From assembly GCA_963575745.1 (NCBI GenBank), contig CAUYUJ010000131.1, positions 62,001 through 117,808 of the forward strand: DNA of 55,808 bases. Direction: 5' to 3'. The translations under genes and the position numbers were made by a program. Shown here in pieces: positions 1-13,451 of the stretch (positions are counted from its first letter, which is position 1; each line of letters begins with the position of its first letter). The notes below the pieces were generated by a model that ran no database searches, was not told the origin of the DNA, and saw nothing but the letters and a program-made list of their open reading frames with translations. This DNA comes from Prorocentrum cordatum (Eukaryota).

Positions 1-904
1 AAACTACTCCGCGCCACGCCCTATAATAGATTTAGATGGGATGCGCCCGCGAGCGGAGTAGTTGGAGTAGTTTTACTCCGAACTACTCCACATTGCTGCT
101 CTATTGGCGAAGGCTGATTGAAGAAACTTTCGTAACAGTGATGTAGTTGCCACCCCTGGAAGGCCAAAGAACGAGGAACCTGGGGGCCGAAAATCCTCAG
201 GACCCTTGAGGCAAAATACGGGCAAAAACTGCACCAGCATCAGCGTTCAGAGGCCCGACGGATTTCTTCGGTCGGCGCTCGACCAAAACCCGTACGGACG
301 TCCGAAAGTCCATGCTTACGCCTTCCGTTGTCATCCGATGGGGCACGTCTGACCGCCACCTGGGCCCAGGGAGGGTACAAGGAGGCAGAGCGCTGCAGAC
401 AGCCTCGAGGCCCATTTCCTTCGTGGCGGGCTGCTTCGTCCTCGAGGCGGCACGGCAACGCTTGTCGAGCGAGCGGATCTGCCCTCTGCCGCCGTCCGAG
501 GGGAGGACAACGGGGACCACGACCAAGACTGAACGCGGAAACGTCGCGTCCATCTGGGTCCCCGTCGATCCTGGTCGGCGTCCATTCGCGGACAGTCCTC
601 CAGAACGGGCGACGGCCGACGTGGAGCATGACCGAGATCGACGTCGACGGAGTCCCGCGACACCTCTCCCCCGAACTGTCGAGATTGGCGAGCCGGCGGG
701 AGAGGGGGAGCGCCGGCGCCGGCCAGAGCAGGCCACGCGGGCGTCAAGAAGGAGGTGCCCCTCGGGGGCCCGTTCGTCCGCGGCCAGGGGCCCTGCGAGA
801 GAGGGGAGAGGGAGAGGGCTCGCCTGCTCTGGCCACGCCGTGGTCGGCGGGTGCGCGGCGATCTGCTGCGGCCCTCGTGCGCGGCAGGGGCGCCGCAGGA
901 GGGA

Positions 905-956
905 CGGCGACGACAACGACGACGACGACGATGACGACGACGACGACGACAACGAC

Positions 957-987
<31 letters not shown>

Positions 988-1040
988 GCGGCGACGACGA
1001 CGACGGCGGCGGCAGTGGCAGCGGCGGCGGCGACGGCGAC
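905..1040. repeat. (GAC/GGC)n trinucleotide microsatellite
   Basis: Direct gacgacgac run grading into ggc; explains the poly-D/T/S/V ORFs here. Confidence 0.95.
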
Positions 1041-1505
1041 AGTAGCAGGCACCAAGCAGTCGCGCGCGTCACTCTCGGCGCCGTAGGTGCGATGGCAGCG
1101 GCGGCGACGCAGACGACAATGACGGTGGTCATCTTGTGAAACAGCATGGTCTTTGTCGACGGCCCTCACGCCACTATCTGAATTCACGGTGAGGGCACTG
1201 GACGAGGAAACATTGGACAACTCATCCAGGGCATTGAAGCCATTGGAACTCCAATCGTGGAGCGGCCATGGATATCGCCGCAGCCAGATTGCACATGCTT
1301 TCACGAACGCCACCACCCTAAACTCCGCCATCCTGGCACCGTCTATACTCGCTCCCTTATCCTGGCGCCCCGCCCATCTGCGGAATACCATATTCTGCTG
1401 ACCGGGGGGCTGACCACGATGGAGCAAGGTGAATGAATGAGGGAGGGGGTAGGAACGAGGAGGGAGGGTCCGAGGAGAAAGGATTGGGGGAGGACGCATC
1501 AGACT

Positions 1506-1507
<2 letters not shown>

Positions 1508-1547
<40 letters not shown>
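1508..1547. repeat. (TA)n microsatellite, followed by a degenerate TACA/TGCA tract (~1765-1960)
   Basis: Direct sequence. Confidence 0.95.
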
Positions 1548-1549
<2 letters not shown>

Positions 1550-2329
1550 CGTGCTGGCTTCCAAGTGCAAAAATCTGACCCGCACTCACCAAATCTGACG
1601 CCTGAGACAATCGTTACACGAATACCTTATGTGTACACACATGCACCTTTTTAACATCGTTTTGTGGGTGACGAAGACTTCGGGGGGGGTCATCCTGCGC
1701 GGTTAGCACTGGACGACCAAAACATCCACGAGAGGAAACGCATCCGGACATCAACCTTGATGAGTACATGAATATACATGTACATACATCTGTATATATA
1801 TACACATATACATACATGTGTATATAGACAGACAGACTGACATACAGACAGACCGACAGAAAGGCAGAGAAATGTAAGTATGTACGTACATGCATGCATG
1901 CAAGCATGCATGCATGCATACATACATATACACACATACATGCATACATGCAAACATACAAGTGCGTCCTTCTGTGAACCTCAGGAGCTGATGGCCTCGA
2001 TATTGCCACCCACACCTGCCGTGGCCTCTCCTTTCCCCGCCACGCTCCTGCCTTGCATCGGGCATTGGGTCAGCTTCCCCCCCACACTAACAATAGCCCT
2101 GATAATGATGGGTGCGTGCTCGTCACTGGGCTCACCACGACCTGGCCCCGGGATCTCCTTGCCAGCAGGATCGGTCATGCGGCGGCACACGACGTCATCC
2201 CATTCGCCCACCAATGACAATGCTCCCTCAAAACGGCACTGGTTCCCGCTGGCGCCAGTGACTGGGCGGAAAGGAATCTTGGACCCCTCCTCTTTTGACA
2301 GCTCCGCCGCGCACCACATCTGGCCATCT

Positions 2330-4810
2330 CGGGGCTACTCTTGGCAGCTGCGCCCCCCCCGGGCTGGCCTCCTACGACGCCTGGCACAAGGATGAGCAGA
2401 CGAAAGCTGTGAGGGATGCCACATGGGCCAGGGCCATGGGACAGGCTGCCTCACGCGTGCAGAGCACAGACTACGCCCGGTTGTCCGCTGGCAGGCGCGC
2501 CAAGCTCTGGAACTGCCACGTGGCCTCTCTCGCCCCATACCATGCCCACTTCGTCACGCTGAGCTCTCCCCATCGAGGGCCATGCGCGCGCGCATTTAAG
2601 GTGGCGTTATAGGCGTGGCCGTCACTCGCTATGCCCCCGGGCACTTCTGACAGACCTCGTGCCCGTCTTTGACAACCGCGCTGGCCCCAGCAGCGTCGCT
2701 GCCTCCTGCGCAACACCTGCCCTCGCCTACGGCCGCCCTGACTCCTGGGCCCCCCACGTGCCTCCCACTGGGCGGCCACGACCTGGGCCGCCCACGCTCA
2801 GCGGGCGCGGAGCTTCCCCGAGCAGCCACACGGCCCCCGTCGACGGCCCACGCCCGCCACTGTCCAGGGCTCAAGCTGCTTTCCTGAGGAAACGCGCCCC
2901 CCTCCAAGGACTTGGTCTCCACGCGAACCGGGGCCCTGGGCCCGGTCGCGACTGTTACGTTGCTGCAGGCTTCCTGGGCCGACCAGGTGGCGCGGCGACG
3001 CGGACCGCCTCGACCACGGGCGCAGCGCGCGCGGGCAGCCCGCTGTCCTCAGCTGGCACACGCCCACGCAGGCTCGGCGCCGCGCCGAGCGGCAGTCCGC
3101 CTGCCTCGACGCGCGGGCGCCCTCGCCAACCAAATGGGCAGAGCTGCCCGACCACCTCCTGCCATCCCAGCTGCACGCCACCGCCCAGGAGGTCAGGACC
3201 CTATGCGCCCCCATCCCTGCCACCCTTCCCCTCAGCCCCTGGGTGGCTTCACCGTCTGCCTGCTCTGCGGACTGAGGGGGGCTGGGGCGACGCACTCACG
3301 GTCGCGGCGCACGGCTGGCGCCCTCGCTAAGTCGGCCCAGCGCCCGAACGACTAACGACGCACCTGCCAATTTCGCTGACGCCATCTGCCAACCTGGGCC
3401 CCATGGAGGCCTCATCGCCACGATCGTGTACCAAAGAGCGCACCTTTGCTCGATGACTCTGGCTCATCCGTCTCTCCGCGCCCCCCGCCCGGCCGCTCTC
3501 ATCTGCGCTGCGGCCCATGCCTGTCTCGACCCCGACTGCTCGGCTGGCAACGACGGCGGGGGCGCCGACTGGGAGGCCCCCCCTTCCGCCCATCGCGCTG
3601 ACGACGCCGGAGCTCGCCACCGCCCTCTGCACCAGGTGAAACCCCGTTCCGCCCCCCCTCCGGGCAGCCCCGCCCATGCCGGGCGCGACCGCGATGCGGC
3701 GCGCGGCGGCGATCAACCTTGCAGGGCCCATGTCTCGCCCCATGGCTGCCACGGACCTGGCCCTCTGCTGGTTCTGCGGTCGGACTCGCCCGCCACGAGC
3801 TGGCTTAACCCCGGGCCCAGGTGGGCCCCACCCCCTCGCCACACCTGCAATGATGAGGCCTCCGCCAAGTGGCGCGCCCCTCGCTGCACACCGAGCTGCA
3901 CGCATACTCCGCTCCTCGCGGCAAGAAAGGCGCTGCCCCTCGACGCTGAAGTCTTGTGCCACGAAGCCTCACGCTCGACCCTCGCGCTGGTCTGTTGCCC
4001 AGCGAGCTCGCCTCTGACGGGGGGGCCAAGAAGTTGTTCCACCTCCCCGTGGCTGGGGGCGCTAGTTCCATAATCTGGCATCACGCTGGCCCCGCTGGCC
4101 CCTCCTCCCCGCGCCGCTCGTCGCCAGGACCATGGCACCCCCCACATGCAATAAGTCCTGGGCTGCTGGGGGCTCGAGGTCCTGCTCACTCTGTGCACCC
4201 CCATCGCCGCGCCCGCCTCGTCGGGGGCAATTTCCCCATCCTCCGCAATGGCGCAGGCACCGGAAGGTTCCCACGCGTTGCCCTCCAGGCTCAAATAAAA
4301 AAGAAATTGAATGCGGTCGCGCATGCCGGCCGGGCCCTTCAATGGCTCGCCGTCCGAAGCAGGCTCAACAGGGGCAGCGACCACCTTGCTACCCTCGGCA
4401 CTCTGGGCTACGGCCCGACGCTTCGCAGGCGAACTCGCCGAATCTCGGCATCTGCACGAGATAAACCGCCCCCCCCCCCTTGGCCCGCCCCCCCCCCCCC
4501 CCCCACACAGCGCTAGCCTCGCAGCGAGTCCAGAGCAACCGCTCGGGGGGTCATGTCTGGGAAGGGGGGCCGGTAGAGTGGCTCGCCGAGGATGGCGGCA
4601 AACGACCGGCCGAGATAGCAAGCCTCAGTCATGGAAGAAGGGCAGACCCGCGGCGCGTGAAGGCGGTCATCGGCGTGCGAGCGCACCCTAGCCGTTCCGG
4701 CTGCGGCGCCTCCCGCTTCGCCGGGGCCGCGTGGTCTATAGGCCCCCGCAGACGCGCCACTACTGGCCCTGCTTCTGCAAACGCCGCGGAAGACAACGGA
4801 GCTGGGGGCA
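2330..4810 (+). pseudogene. Highly degenerate non-LTR retrotransposon ORF2 3' remnant
   Basis: Broken frames with LINE thumb-like text (RLSAGRRAKLWNCHVASLAPY), a CxxC...H knuckle (CLLCGLRGAGATH) and an RNase H-like SANAAE; many frameshifts. Confidence 0.4.
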
Positions 4811-5439
4811 TGTAGGAAGAAGGTCCACCTCCGAAAGAAATTGACTTCTTCGCTGCGTCTCATAAATGACAAGCACCTAGGCGCGGGCCAGAGCGAGGCC
4901 ACCCCTGTTTTGGACGCCCCCGAAGCGCAGCTCTCTCGCGACCAGGCCCACGCCCCTGCCCGCCTCGCCCGGCGTTGAAGCGGCGCGCCCAGGGGGGGAG
5001 CGCGACTGGGCGGGCCTTCTCAGGAGGCTCGGAAGCCCGGCAGCCTTCTGAGAGGGACTCGCAGCCTTCCCCGAAGACACTGGAAACCTCCTAGAAGGCG
5101 CGGTGCTTCTGAGAAGTCCCGTCGCCTTCACCTTCTCACTTCCCCCCTGGCTCGCTGCCGAATGCTCCCCTTGGCTACCCGCCGCAAGAGTCAGGTCCGA
5201 ATTGGCAACCTCCCCCAAGTTCCGCCGTCGACTTCACCGAGCGCCTCCTTCCCCGCGACCCTCGCCGCGCGCAGGTCTCCGAGCGCCACCCTCGGCCTTG
5301 CCCCGCGGCGCTCCCCACCACGGTGCCGGGCCCGGAACTGGGCACGCCCCCTGCTTTCCAACCGCCCGTCTTGCCCCCCCCCCCCCCCCCGCGGGCACCT
5401 CATCCTACTATCAGGAACCAACAGAAGCATACCTCGGCG

Positions 5440-7900
5440 ATTGGATTCGGGGGCGAGGTTTGTCATTGCCCCGCTTGCAAGACACAGCACAGCCCCTGGC
5501 GGCCAATGTCCGAAAGGTTGGTTGAATGGCGACTGCGCGTGCCAAGAGGACCCCTGAATCTCCTTACAGCGCACGTGCTGCACTACCGGCACGGGGCCGA
5601 CGACTGGTGCGCTATCTTCGACGAGCTCGTAACCATATGGCCTAAGCGAGGCAATCCTGCCTGCGCCATGGCGCCTGGCAACTTCAACGCGAAGATCTTC
5701 GAACAGCAGCGGGAGACAGGCGAAATTGTAAAAAATTGCGTATGCGTAGCAAGTGGCCACAACGAGTAAAGACCTGAACAGCAACTTATTGGTAGACGCA
5801 CGCCGCGCCACGACCTCCATCATTGCGAACGCAATTTTCAACATGGGGCGAAAATTCTAGCGACATAAAATTCTCCCGACGGAAACGCAGCTGAAGACAC
5901 CCACGAAGAAGGAGATGGACCACTGTTTGGTGGGCGCTGCAAGTTTGGAAAACATCATATATATATATATATATAATCGTCAAAGCGCGACGCGCCGTTA
6001 GCATCCAGGCACTTCATACTGCAGATATTGTCTGACATCACTTCGGCCACAGACCAGCCCTACAACAAACAAGATGGACACGAAGCGCAAACTATACGGG
6101 GCAAGGCTGTCCTGGCAGAACACGATTGCGATGTTTTCTGTGGCGAAGCGCGTGGAAACATCACCCCTGCTGCTTTGGATGCGCATGCCGAGCACATCAG
6201 TCAAGTCATGCACAACGCGTCCAAGGTCACACACGAGCTCTCGAGGTAAGCACACAGGCCCCAGATATCGCAGGAAGTATTGGACTTCTTACCATCTAAG
6301 GATACCGATCGTCGGCACAGAGATGAGGAGAAAAAAGAAAAAAACTTGCAAGCTGCACGACAACTCTGGCAAAGGCACCGCAAAAAAGCCGGCCCAAGCC
6401 AAAAATCCAGACGGCATTCTTGCCGGTAGAAGTCGACACGCTGAAACACCAGCGAAATATTTGGAACATAACCATTGACCAATTACCAACCCTGGCGAAA
6501 AACCGACCTCAAATTCGGCAATGGGACGCACGCTGCCGGTGGCGACGCACGCTTTCATGTGGAAAAACTCGCAGCGGCCATGAAGAAGCTGTTCCTTGCG
6601 GGAGCAGCTGGAGCCAATGCAAAGCCGCCAAAGATGTGGAAGCCCTTGTTGCGCAATGGGGACGCATTGGACGAACTACTCCCGTCATGCACAACATACT
6701 GTAAATGCAACAGTGAACCCACTGGTTCGAAAATTACCTGCGTTACGCTTCTGTACAAAAAGCTGGACACAAGTCTCCTAGAAAATTACAGGCCAATTAT
6801 ATGATTCACGATCGTTTGAAAAATATGGCATCGATGCTGAAAAAATACTTCACAAAGGAAGTGCAGGAGAAAGGAGGCGGAATACTCAGTACGGGTTTCG
6901 CGCTAGTCGGAGCAGCACTCAAGCTACTTAAGTGTGAATTGTGCGCAGGATGCTTGATGCGGCATCGATGCATGCCACACGTGGACTCACTGCTGTTTTC
7001 GTGGGATGGTTCACGGGGTTTTGACATAATCAAGCGCGACGTCCTTCTCGAGCCGCTGTACCGTTTTGACGTGCAGGACGAGCGGTTAAATTTCGTCCTT
7101 CTCGAGGCGTTTCACCGTTTTGAAATATGCAGGACGACTGGTTAATTTGATCGCCGAAATACACAGCTAACAAATATCTGTACTTAGACATGGATATATG
7201 GTGATTCTACTATCAAAAAATGCTGGCCTTGCCCAGTGGCGCCCACTCTCTCCCTGCTCTATTCATAATCGCGAAGTCTGTCATATTCTTCAACGCTGGC
7301 ATGTCCATGGAAAAAGTAAGCAGGGACGCCCAAGAACAACCATGTGTTGTCCGTTCCAGCCTGCTCTGATGACACCACGTTGGTCAGCAGCCATACAGGC
7401 AAACTACAAAATTGGCCAAATTTTGTTAGCAAAGAAAAGATAAAATACGGTCTGGAGCGCAGCTGGGATACCACAGCTGCTAGGCGAATCAATAACAATG
7501 GAGGTTTTAAGTCCCCATGGGAAACGAATAAAAAATGTTGACGAAAGAAAATCCCTGGGTCGACTTCCCATTGTAAATGTCTCGGCACAGGTTGACCCGC
7601 CCCGCCAACAGGGAGAGGCAAAAAAAAAATCCCAAGCCATTCTAAAAGGTTGGTCGCACCCGACTATATCGGAAAGCAAGACAAACCACCTATATCATGC
7701 AAGTATGACACCAAAGAGGACGTGCTACATATTTTCCCCATGGCTGCTCCAAGCCGACAAACGTCTGCTCGGCGGCTTCCGCGACTTGCGCCGGCGAAGA
7801 ATATTAGGCAGATCTTGTTGAACAATTTCACGGGATTTCTCGCAGGGACGTCTGGATTTGGCTTGCCGGCTTTCTTTGCGCGACACCCTGCACAGCCAAC
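5440..7900 (+). pseudogene. Degenerate LINE ORF2 (endonuclease + RT) remnant
   Basis: PGNFNAK (APE GDFN-like, ~5680), TLLYKKLDTSLLENYRPI (RT region-1 NYRPI, ~6745-6800) and DGSRGFDIIKR (DxxKAFD-like, ~7005-7037) occur in the correct order; AT-richer block with many stops. Confidence 0.7.
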
Positions 7901-10269
7901 ACAGGAAGCTATGTGAAAGCGGCTCTTCCAGAGAACTACTCTCGCTAAACGCCAACCTGGGGCCCCAGATCTTCAGGGCCGCGCAGGTGGGACGTCAACC
8001 AAACAACGCGGGCAACCTAGGCAGCCGCGCGCCGACTGTGCACATTATGACTTCAATGATAAGTTGCTCTGGTCTCCCCCTTTCGCCCATCGCGCCCCCC
8101 CCCATCTTCCCCTTCTTGCCTCGCCCCCCTTACGGGCACTGCGCACAAAGGCTTTCAAGCAGGCAGCAAACGCATGAACCTCAAAGCAGCTCTGCCAACC
8201 GATGTGCCGCACTTGCGCCTGGCACACTGGACACCCAGGGGTCTGCTGTTGGGACTTTCCCGAGATCCGAGAGCATGATGTTTGTCCATCGGGCGGTTCT
8301 TCTTGGATTTCGGCATCCAGGGCCCGCTACTGGTCCGGAGACTTTCACTAAGGGGTCCAAATGCACTCCCCTGGGCACGACTTTACGCTGTCCAGCTCAG
8401 TGAGGATGGGAAGTAGTCGCGTTCTGGAACGCGTTCTGGAACCGAGACAAGACACACTGGTGCCCAAGGGAAGAGGAATCAAGCTGGCGCCATACTGCAG
8501 AATCGCGGGCGGAACTCGCCCAGGCAGTTTGCCACACGAGTCGCTGGAAAATTGGTGCCTACCGCCCCCGCAGGTCTTCACTCCGAGCCCCCCTCAGTGA
8601 CACGGGGCACTGCAGCGTGTCCATCGAGATGGCCACTTCCCGCTACGTCAGGTGGCGCATTTTTGCGAAGTGGCGGTGCCCCCTGACTAGTTGGATAATT
8701 CGTTTCCGTTCTCTCGCGTGCACTGTTGACTGCGTGCACGGCGTACGAAGGTCAGAAAAACATAAAAAGTTCTCAGTCCACGCAAGCGGGCGCCCTTGGT
8801 CCCACATACGAAGACAAAGTTTGAGCATCGTGTAACAGAGGGGACTTGCTTTCGAAACATCTAGGAAAGACACACATGTCGGATTGCGTTTTCACTGTTG
8901 GTTTTTCGGGGAGGCCTTCCGCCAAAATCCGCGCGCGACACTCAGAGCCACAATCACCCACGACCAAAAAATATGTTTTTCTCTCGCGCCTCTATCGCAT
9001 TGTACTGCCTCGTCCTCCCCCCCTCCTCACGAAAACTAGCGCTCCGGACCGATTCGCCGAAGACACCCTCACAAGTTTCGTTTCTATGATCGGGCTCCTC
9101 GACAAGGCGCACGTTGGACACAATGTTGCAGGGCACTGGCGTGAAGACGTGCCTGCAGCAACGAATCTTTCCTCAAGCACTTCGGTGGCCTGGTCGGAGC
9201 GTTTGCACGATACAAGCGTGCTCGGTTTTGTATGGTATCCTCGCCGACCCGGGCCTCCTCCACTATTCGTGCACTTAGCTTGCTCCCCTCCCGCTAAGGA
9301 GCGGACGTCCCCCAGCTAATTTCCAAGCGCCTGGTGGCTCCCAACATACATCCCAACGCTTCCCCTTGTTGACCCCTCCCCTGCCTCGTTGAATCTTTCT
9401 CTCCCCGATCCCCTCGCCATCTTCGAACATTCTGGCCTCCCTTCCCCTCCTGCCGCCCCCCTTCCCCCCCGCCCAACCCACCACCCTGCCTCTGCCCCTC
9501 CTCACCACCCCCAGCTGAAAGAGAGAGCACGCCTTGACAGCCAGTCCCGCGAGCCGCCCCTCCGACATACTGTTGCACAAGATAACCCATGAAGCAACGC
9601 AGTGGACTCGCGCCCATGGGAGGACTCAGCTCTTCTGCGGCTCTGACGACGCGCCCGACGGGAGGTGGGGATCCGCGGTCGCGGCTGAGGCCCTCGCAAT
9701 CGCCTGCGACATCCTGGCCGCTGCTCGCCCAAGTGTCGCACGCCAATGAGTGCACCGAGCTGGCCCGGCTGGCCTTGGAAGTGCCCCCCCCCTCGGCCAG
9801 GTGGACGAAGCACCTCGGCCTCTGCGCAAAGCCAACACGGCGATCCTCTCTCGATTCCCCACCACCAGTTCCCCCGCCCCCCCGGACGCAACTCTGCCAA
9901 TGACTGTGGGGCCCCCTCTCTGGGCGCGCGCCCAGACATGCGGCCCCTTTTTCTGGGCCCCCTGGCACTGACCATCCTTCCACCGCCACTGGCCTCGCAA
10001 CCCCCATTCACCCCGGCGCCCCCCGCACCGACGCAGACCGCCTCATCACGCACCTGGCTCCCGCCCCTGCTTCGGCCTCCCTCTCTCGCCTGTCTGCGTG
10101 CAGGACCCCTGGCACGGGCAAGTCTTGGGCTGCCCTCTCCCAGGCAACATGCTTCACCGATCCACTTCCGTGCCCCCCTGCTGGTGAGGGAATCAGCGGC
10201 AAGTTGGCCGAGAAGGTCGTCAAGGACCCACTTTGTCAGCATTAAGGGCTCGAGTGGGACACGACCTGT

Positions 10270-10435
10270 CTTTTTCTTGGGCCTCCGCAGCGGCGGCCAC
10301 AATTCCGACGACGCGCCACGCGCCGCGCGCCTGCGCCGCTGGCCCAGCGCCCCGGTGCGCCCCTGGGAGGATGCGGGCGAGGCAGGGCGCAGGATGGTCT
10401 TTCACCACCCTTCGTGGGGCCCCCACTGAGAATAA
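10270..10435 (-). other. Conserved structured motif B, copy 1 (probable retroelement 3'-terminal RNA element)
   Basis: Minus strand reads ATTCTCAGTGGGGGCCCCACGAAGGGTGGTGAAAGACC...TGTGGCCGCCGCTGCGGAGGCCCAAGAAAAA; both ends match 24624-24820. Confidence 0.6.
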
Positions 10436-11179
10436 AGCAAGCTTGCAGCCCCCGCCGACCCACCCACCATCGCGCGCCGCTAGGCGACGGCGCCAGCCCA
10501 CCGAGACAGGGCAAGCCCCCCAGCCCGAGCAAGACGCCTGGCAGCAGATCCGCGGGCGCGGCCAGCAAGGGTCGGAACAAGAGAACACAGCGGAAGCAGC
10601 AGCGGGTGTTGGGAAAAACGGACCTCCTCCCCGCGCACGCCCAGCAGGGGCGGCCGGACAGCAAGCGCGGGGGACAAGGGCGAGACGGCACGGCAGGGGA
10701 AGGCACGGCAACGGGACCCAGGGCACGGCACAACACGGGACCCAGGACACGGCACAACACGGACCCCGAGGACGGCACAGCACGGCAGCACAGCAACGGC
10801 GGCCCGGGCACGGCACCGCGCAGACCCACCACGACACGGCACAGGAGCACAAGGCCACGAAAAGCAAGCACGCGGGAACGGAACACCACAAGGAGGCAGA
10901 AGCAGGAGGCAGGAAGCAACACGCGCAGGGAGGAGGCAGAACGGGCGGGATCAGCAATGGAAAGCTTTGCGTGCGCACCGTGCCACGAATAGAGAACCAC
11001 GACAGACGAGGGGAGGCACAGAAGGGACGAGGCAGCAAGAAGAGAAAACGGGCGAGACAGAGAGAGAGAGAGAGACAAGCACGAGAGGGCGCAGCAGAAC
11101 AGAGAAGCACAAGAGGGCGCAGCAGGACAGAGAAGCACAGCGGGGCGCAGCAGGACTGCGAAGTACAACGGAGCGTGTA

Positions 11180-11200
11180 TGTCACACACAAACACACACA

Positions 11201-11242
<42 letters not shown>

Positions 11243-11450
11243 CACACACAAAAAAACACAGCACAACACAACACAACACAACACAACACAACACAACACA
11301 ACACAACACAACACAACACAACACAGCACAGCACAACACAACACAACACAACACAACAAACACAACACACACACACAACACACAACACACAACACACAAC
11401 ACACAACACACACACACAACACACACACAACCCACACACACACAACACAC

Positions 11451-11485
<35 letters not shown>

Positions 11486-12067
11486 CAAACAACCGCAGAC
11501 GCACAACGCACGCAGCACCACACACACCAACAACAACACACACACCACACGCACAGCACACCACACACATTACACACAACACACACAACACACACACACA
11601 CACACACAACACACACGCATACCTACCCACCGCACGGACACACAACACACACACACACCACACACACAAACACGCACGCACGCACGTGCACGACGCACGA
11701 CGCACGCACACAGCACACACACACAACACCACACACACACCACACACACAACACACACACACACACACACACGACACAGCCAACGCGCACACACAACGAC
11801 GCACACACGCACAACCACCCACACCAACACAGCACACACCACACAAACACACACACACGCACACGCACGCACACACAAGGCAACGCACACGCACACGCAC
11901 ACGCAAACACACACAGCACAGCACACGCACACCGACAGCACACGCGCCACGCACAGCACACGCAACGCACACGCACAGCACACGCACACGCTACGCACAG
12001 CACAGCAACCACGCACCGCACGCACAAACACACACACACACACACACACACACAACACACACACACA

Positions 12068-12111
<44 letters not shown>

Positions 12112-12276
12112 CACACACACACAAACACCACACACCACACACACACACACAACACCACACACAACACACACACAACACACACACACCACACACACACACA
12201 CGCGCGCGCGCGCGCCGCCCGCCCGCCCGCCCGCCGCCCGCCCGCCCCGCCGCGCCCGCGCGCCCGCACGCACGCC

Positions 12277-12352
<76 letters not shown>

Positions 12353-12365
12353 CACACACACACAG
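11180..12365. repeat. Compound CA-rich microsatellite (CA, CAACA, CGCA units)
   Basis: Direct sequence; explains the long H/T and C/V ORFs. Confidence 0.95.
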
Positions 12366-13407
12366 GCAGATAAACAGACATCCTGATACAGAGTGTGGGG
12401 GACTGCGCCGAGCACTGCTTCGAGTGAAAGCCTGAGGTGGACCAAGGCTGACTAGAAGAACGCGTGGCGACGAGGAAGGGCAGGGGGCAAGAACAGAGGA
12501 AACCATGGAGGGGCGGGGCAAGGAGGGGGGAGCAGGTGCAAAGGGCAGCAAGCGGAGACAACCAGAGAAGACCACACAAACGTGGACCGCACCACGACAG
12601 AGAGACCAGAAGATGGGCGCAACGCAAGGACACGGGCCAGGCACGGGCATCCGCGAGAGGGAGGAGAAGCAGTACAGGCAAGCAGGCACGATGGGGAGCG
12701 CGCGCGACAGCGTGGGTAGCAAAGGATCAAACTCGCACTTTGCCACCGCGCGCACACAGTCCAGAGTCGCCCTGCGCGCTGGCCCCTCTAGGGCAAAGGC
12801 CACGAGGGTGCCGACACTCGCCTGGCACTTCCCTGCCCAGGCACCGGCCCGGGGCCCACACCGGGCGCGCCACAAACGGCACGGCCCCGCAAGCAGGCAA
12901 GGCCTAAAGATGCGTGGCGCAGGGGGACGGCGAGACGGGAGGGAAACCAAGGCAGGACGGGAGGGAAAAGGCAAGAAGAGGCGAGACCACAGAGAGGACC
13001 TAAGCTCAGCCGAGGCCGAGCCAGAAAGAGGTCAGGCCACACATCTACACCCTGCCACGAGCCCCACAACGGGGCAGCGTAGGAACGCAGAGCGGAGCCC
13101 CCCGCACTTGGACAAGAAAATGAGCGCCCACACGATGGAAGACCCCCGCCACCGGCCAGCAGAGATAAAACAAGAGAGCGAGGAGAATCATAAGCAAGGC
13201 GAAACAAACAAGGCACGCGAAGGCAAACTGAAGGAGACAAGAAGGCGTCGGACAAGTGGATCAACCCTCGCTGGCACACTACAACGCAACAGGACGCGAG
13301 GGGGGGACACGCCAGATTACCAGGCCAATACACGAGGGCACCAGGCACAGATGCAAGCCAGCAGCGGCAGCAGACACCGGGAACCGAGGGGCGCAACAAC
13401 ACCGGGA

Positions 13408-13451
13408 ACCGTAGCCATTTTGGCTCAAGCCATTTTGGCTCAAGGCTCAAG
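13408..13451 (+). other. Dinoflagellate spliced leader (full 22 nt) plus two relict SLs
   Basis: ACCGTAGCCATTTTGGCTCAAG (13408-13429), CCATTTTGGCTCAAG (13430-13444), GCTCAAG (13445-13451). No GT donor follows, so this is not an SL RNA gene. Confidence 0.95.

Noticed and set aside
197..1420. Possible host exons on the minus strand
   Set aside because: No recognisable domain and frames dominated by microsatellite; cannot be supported
9294..10302. Possible ORF downstream of motif B (MLTKWVLDDLL...)
   Set aside because: GC-rich open frames with no recognisable motif and no counterpart after the second motif B copy
10220..12681. Long ORFs (up to 717 aa) in all frames
   Set aside because: Artefacts of CA/GT microsatellite lacking stop codons
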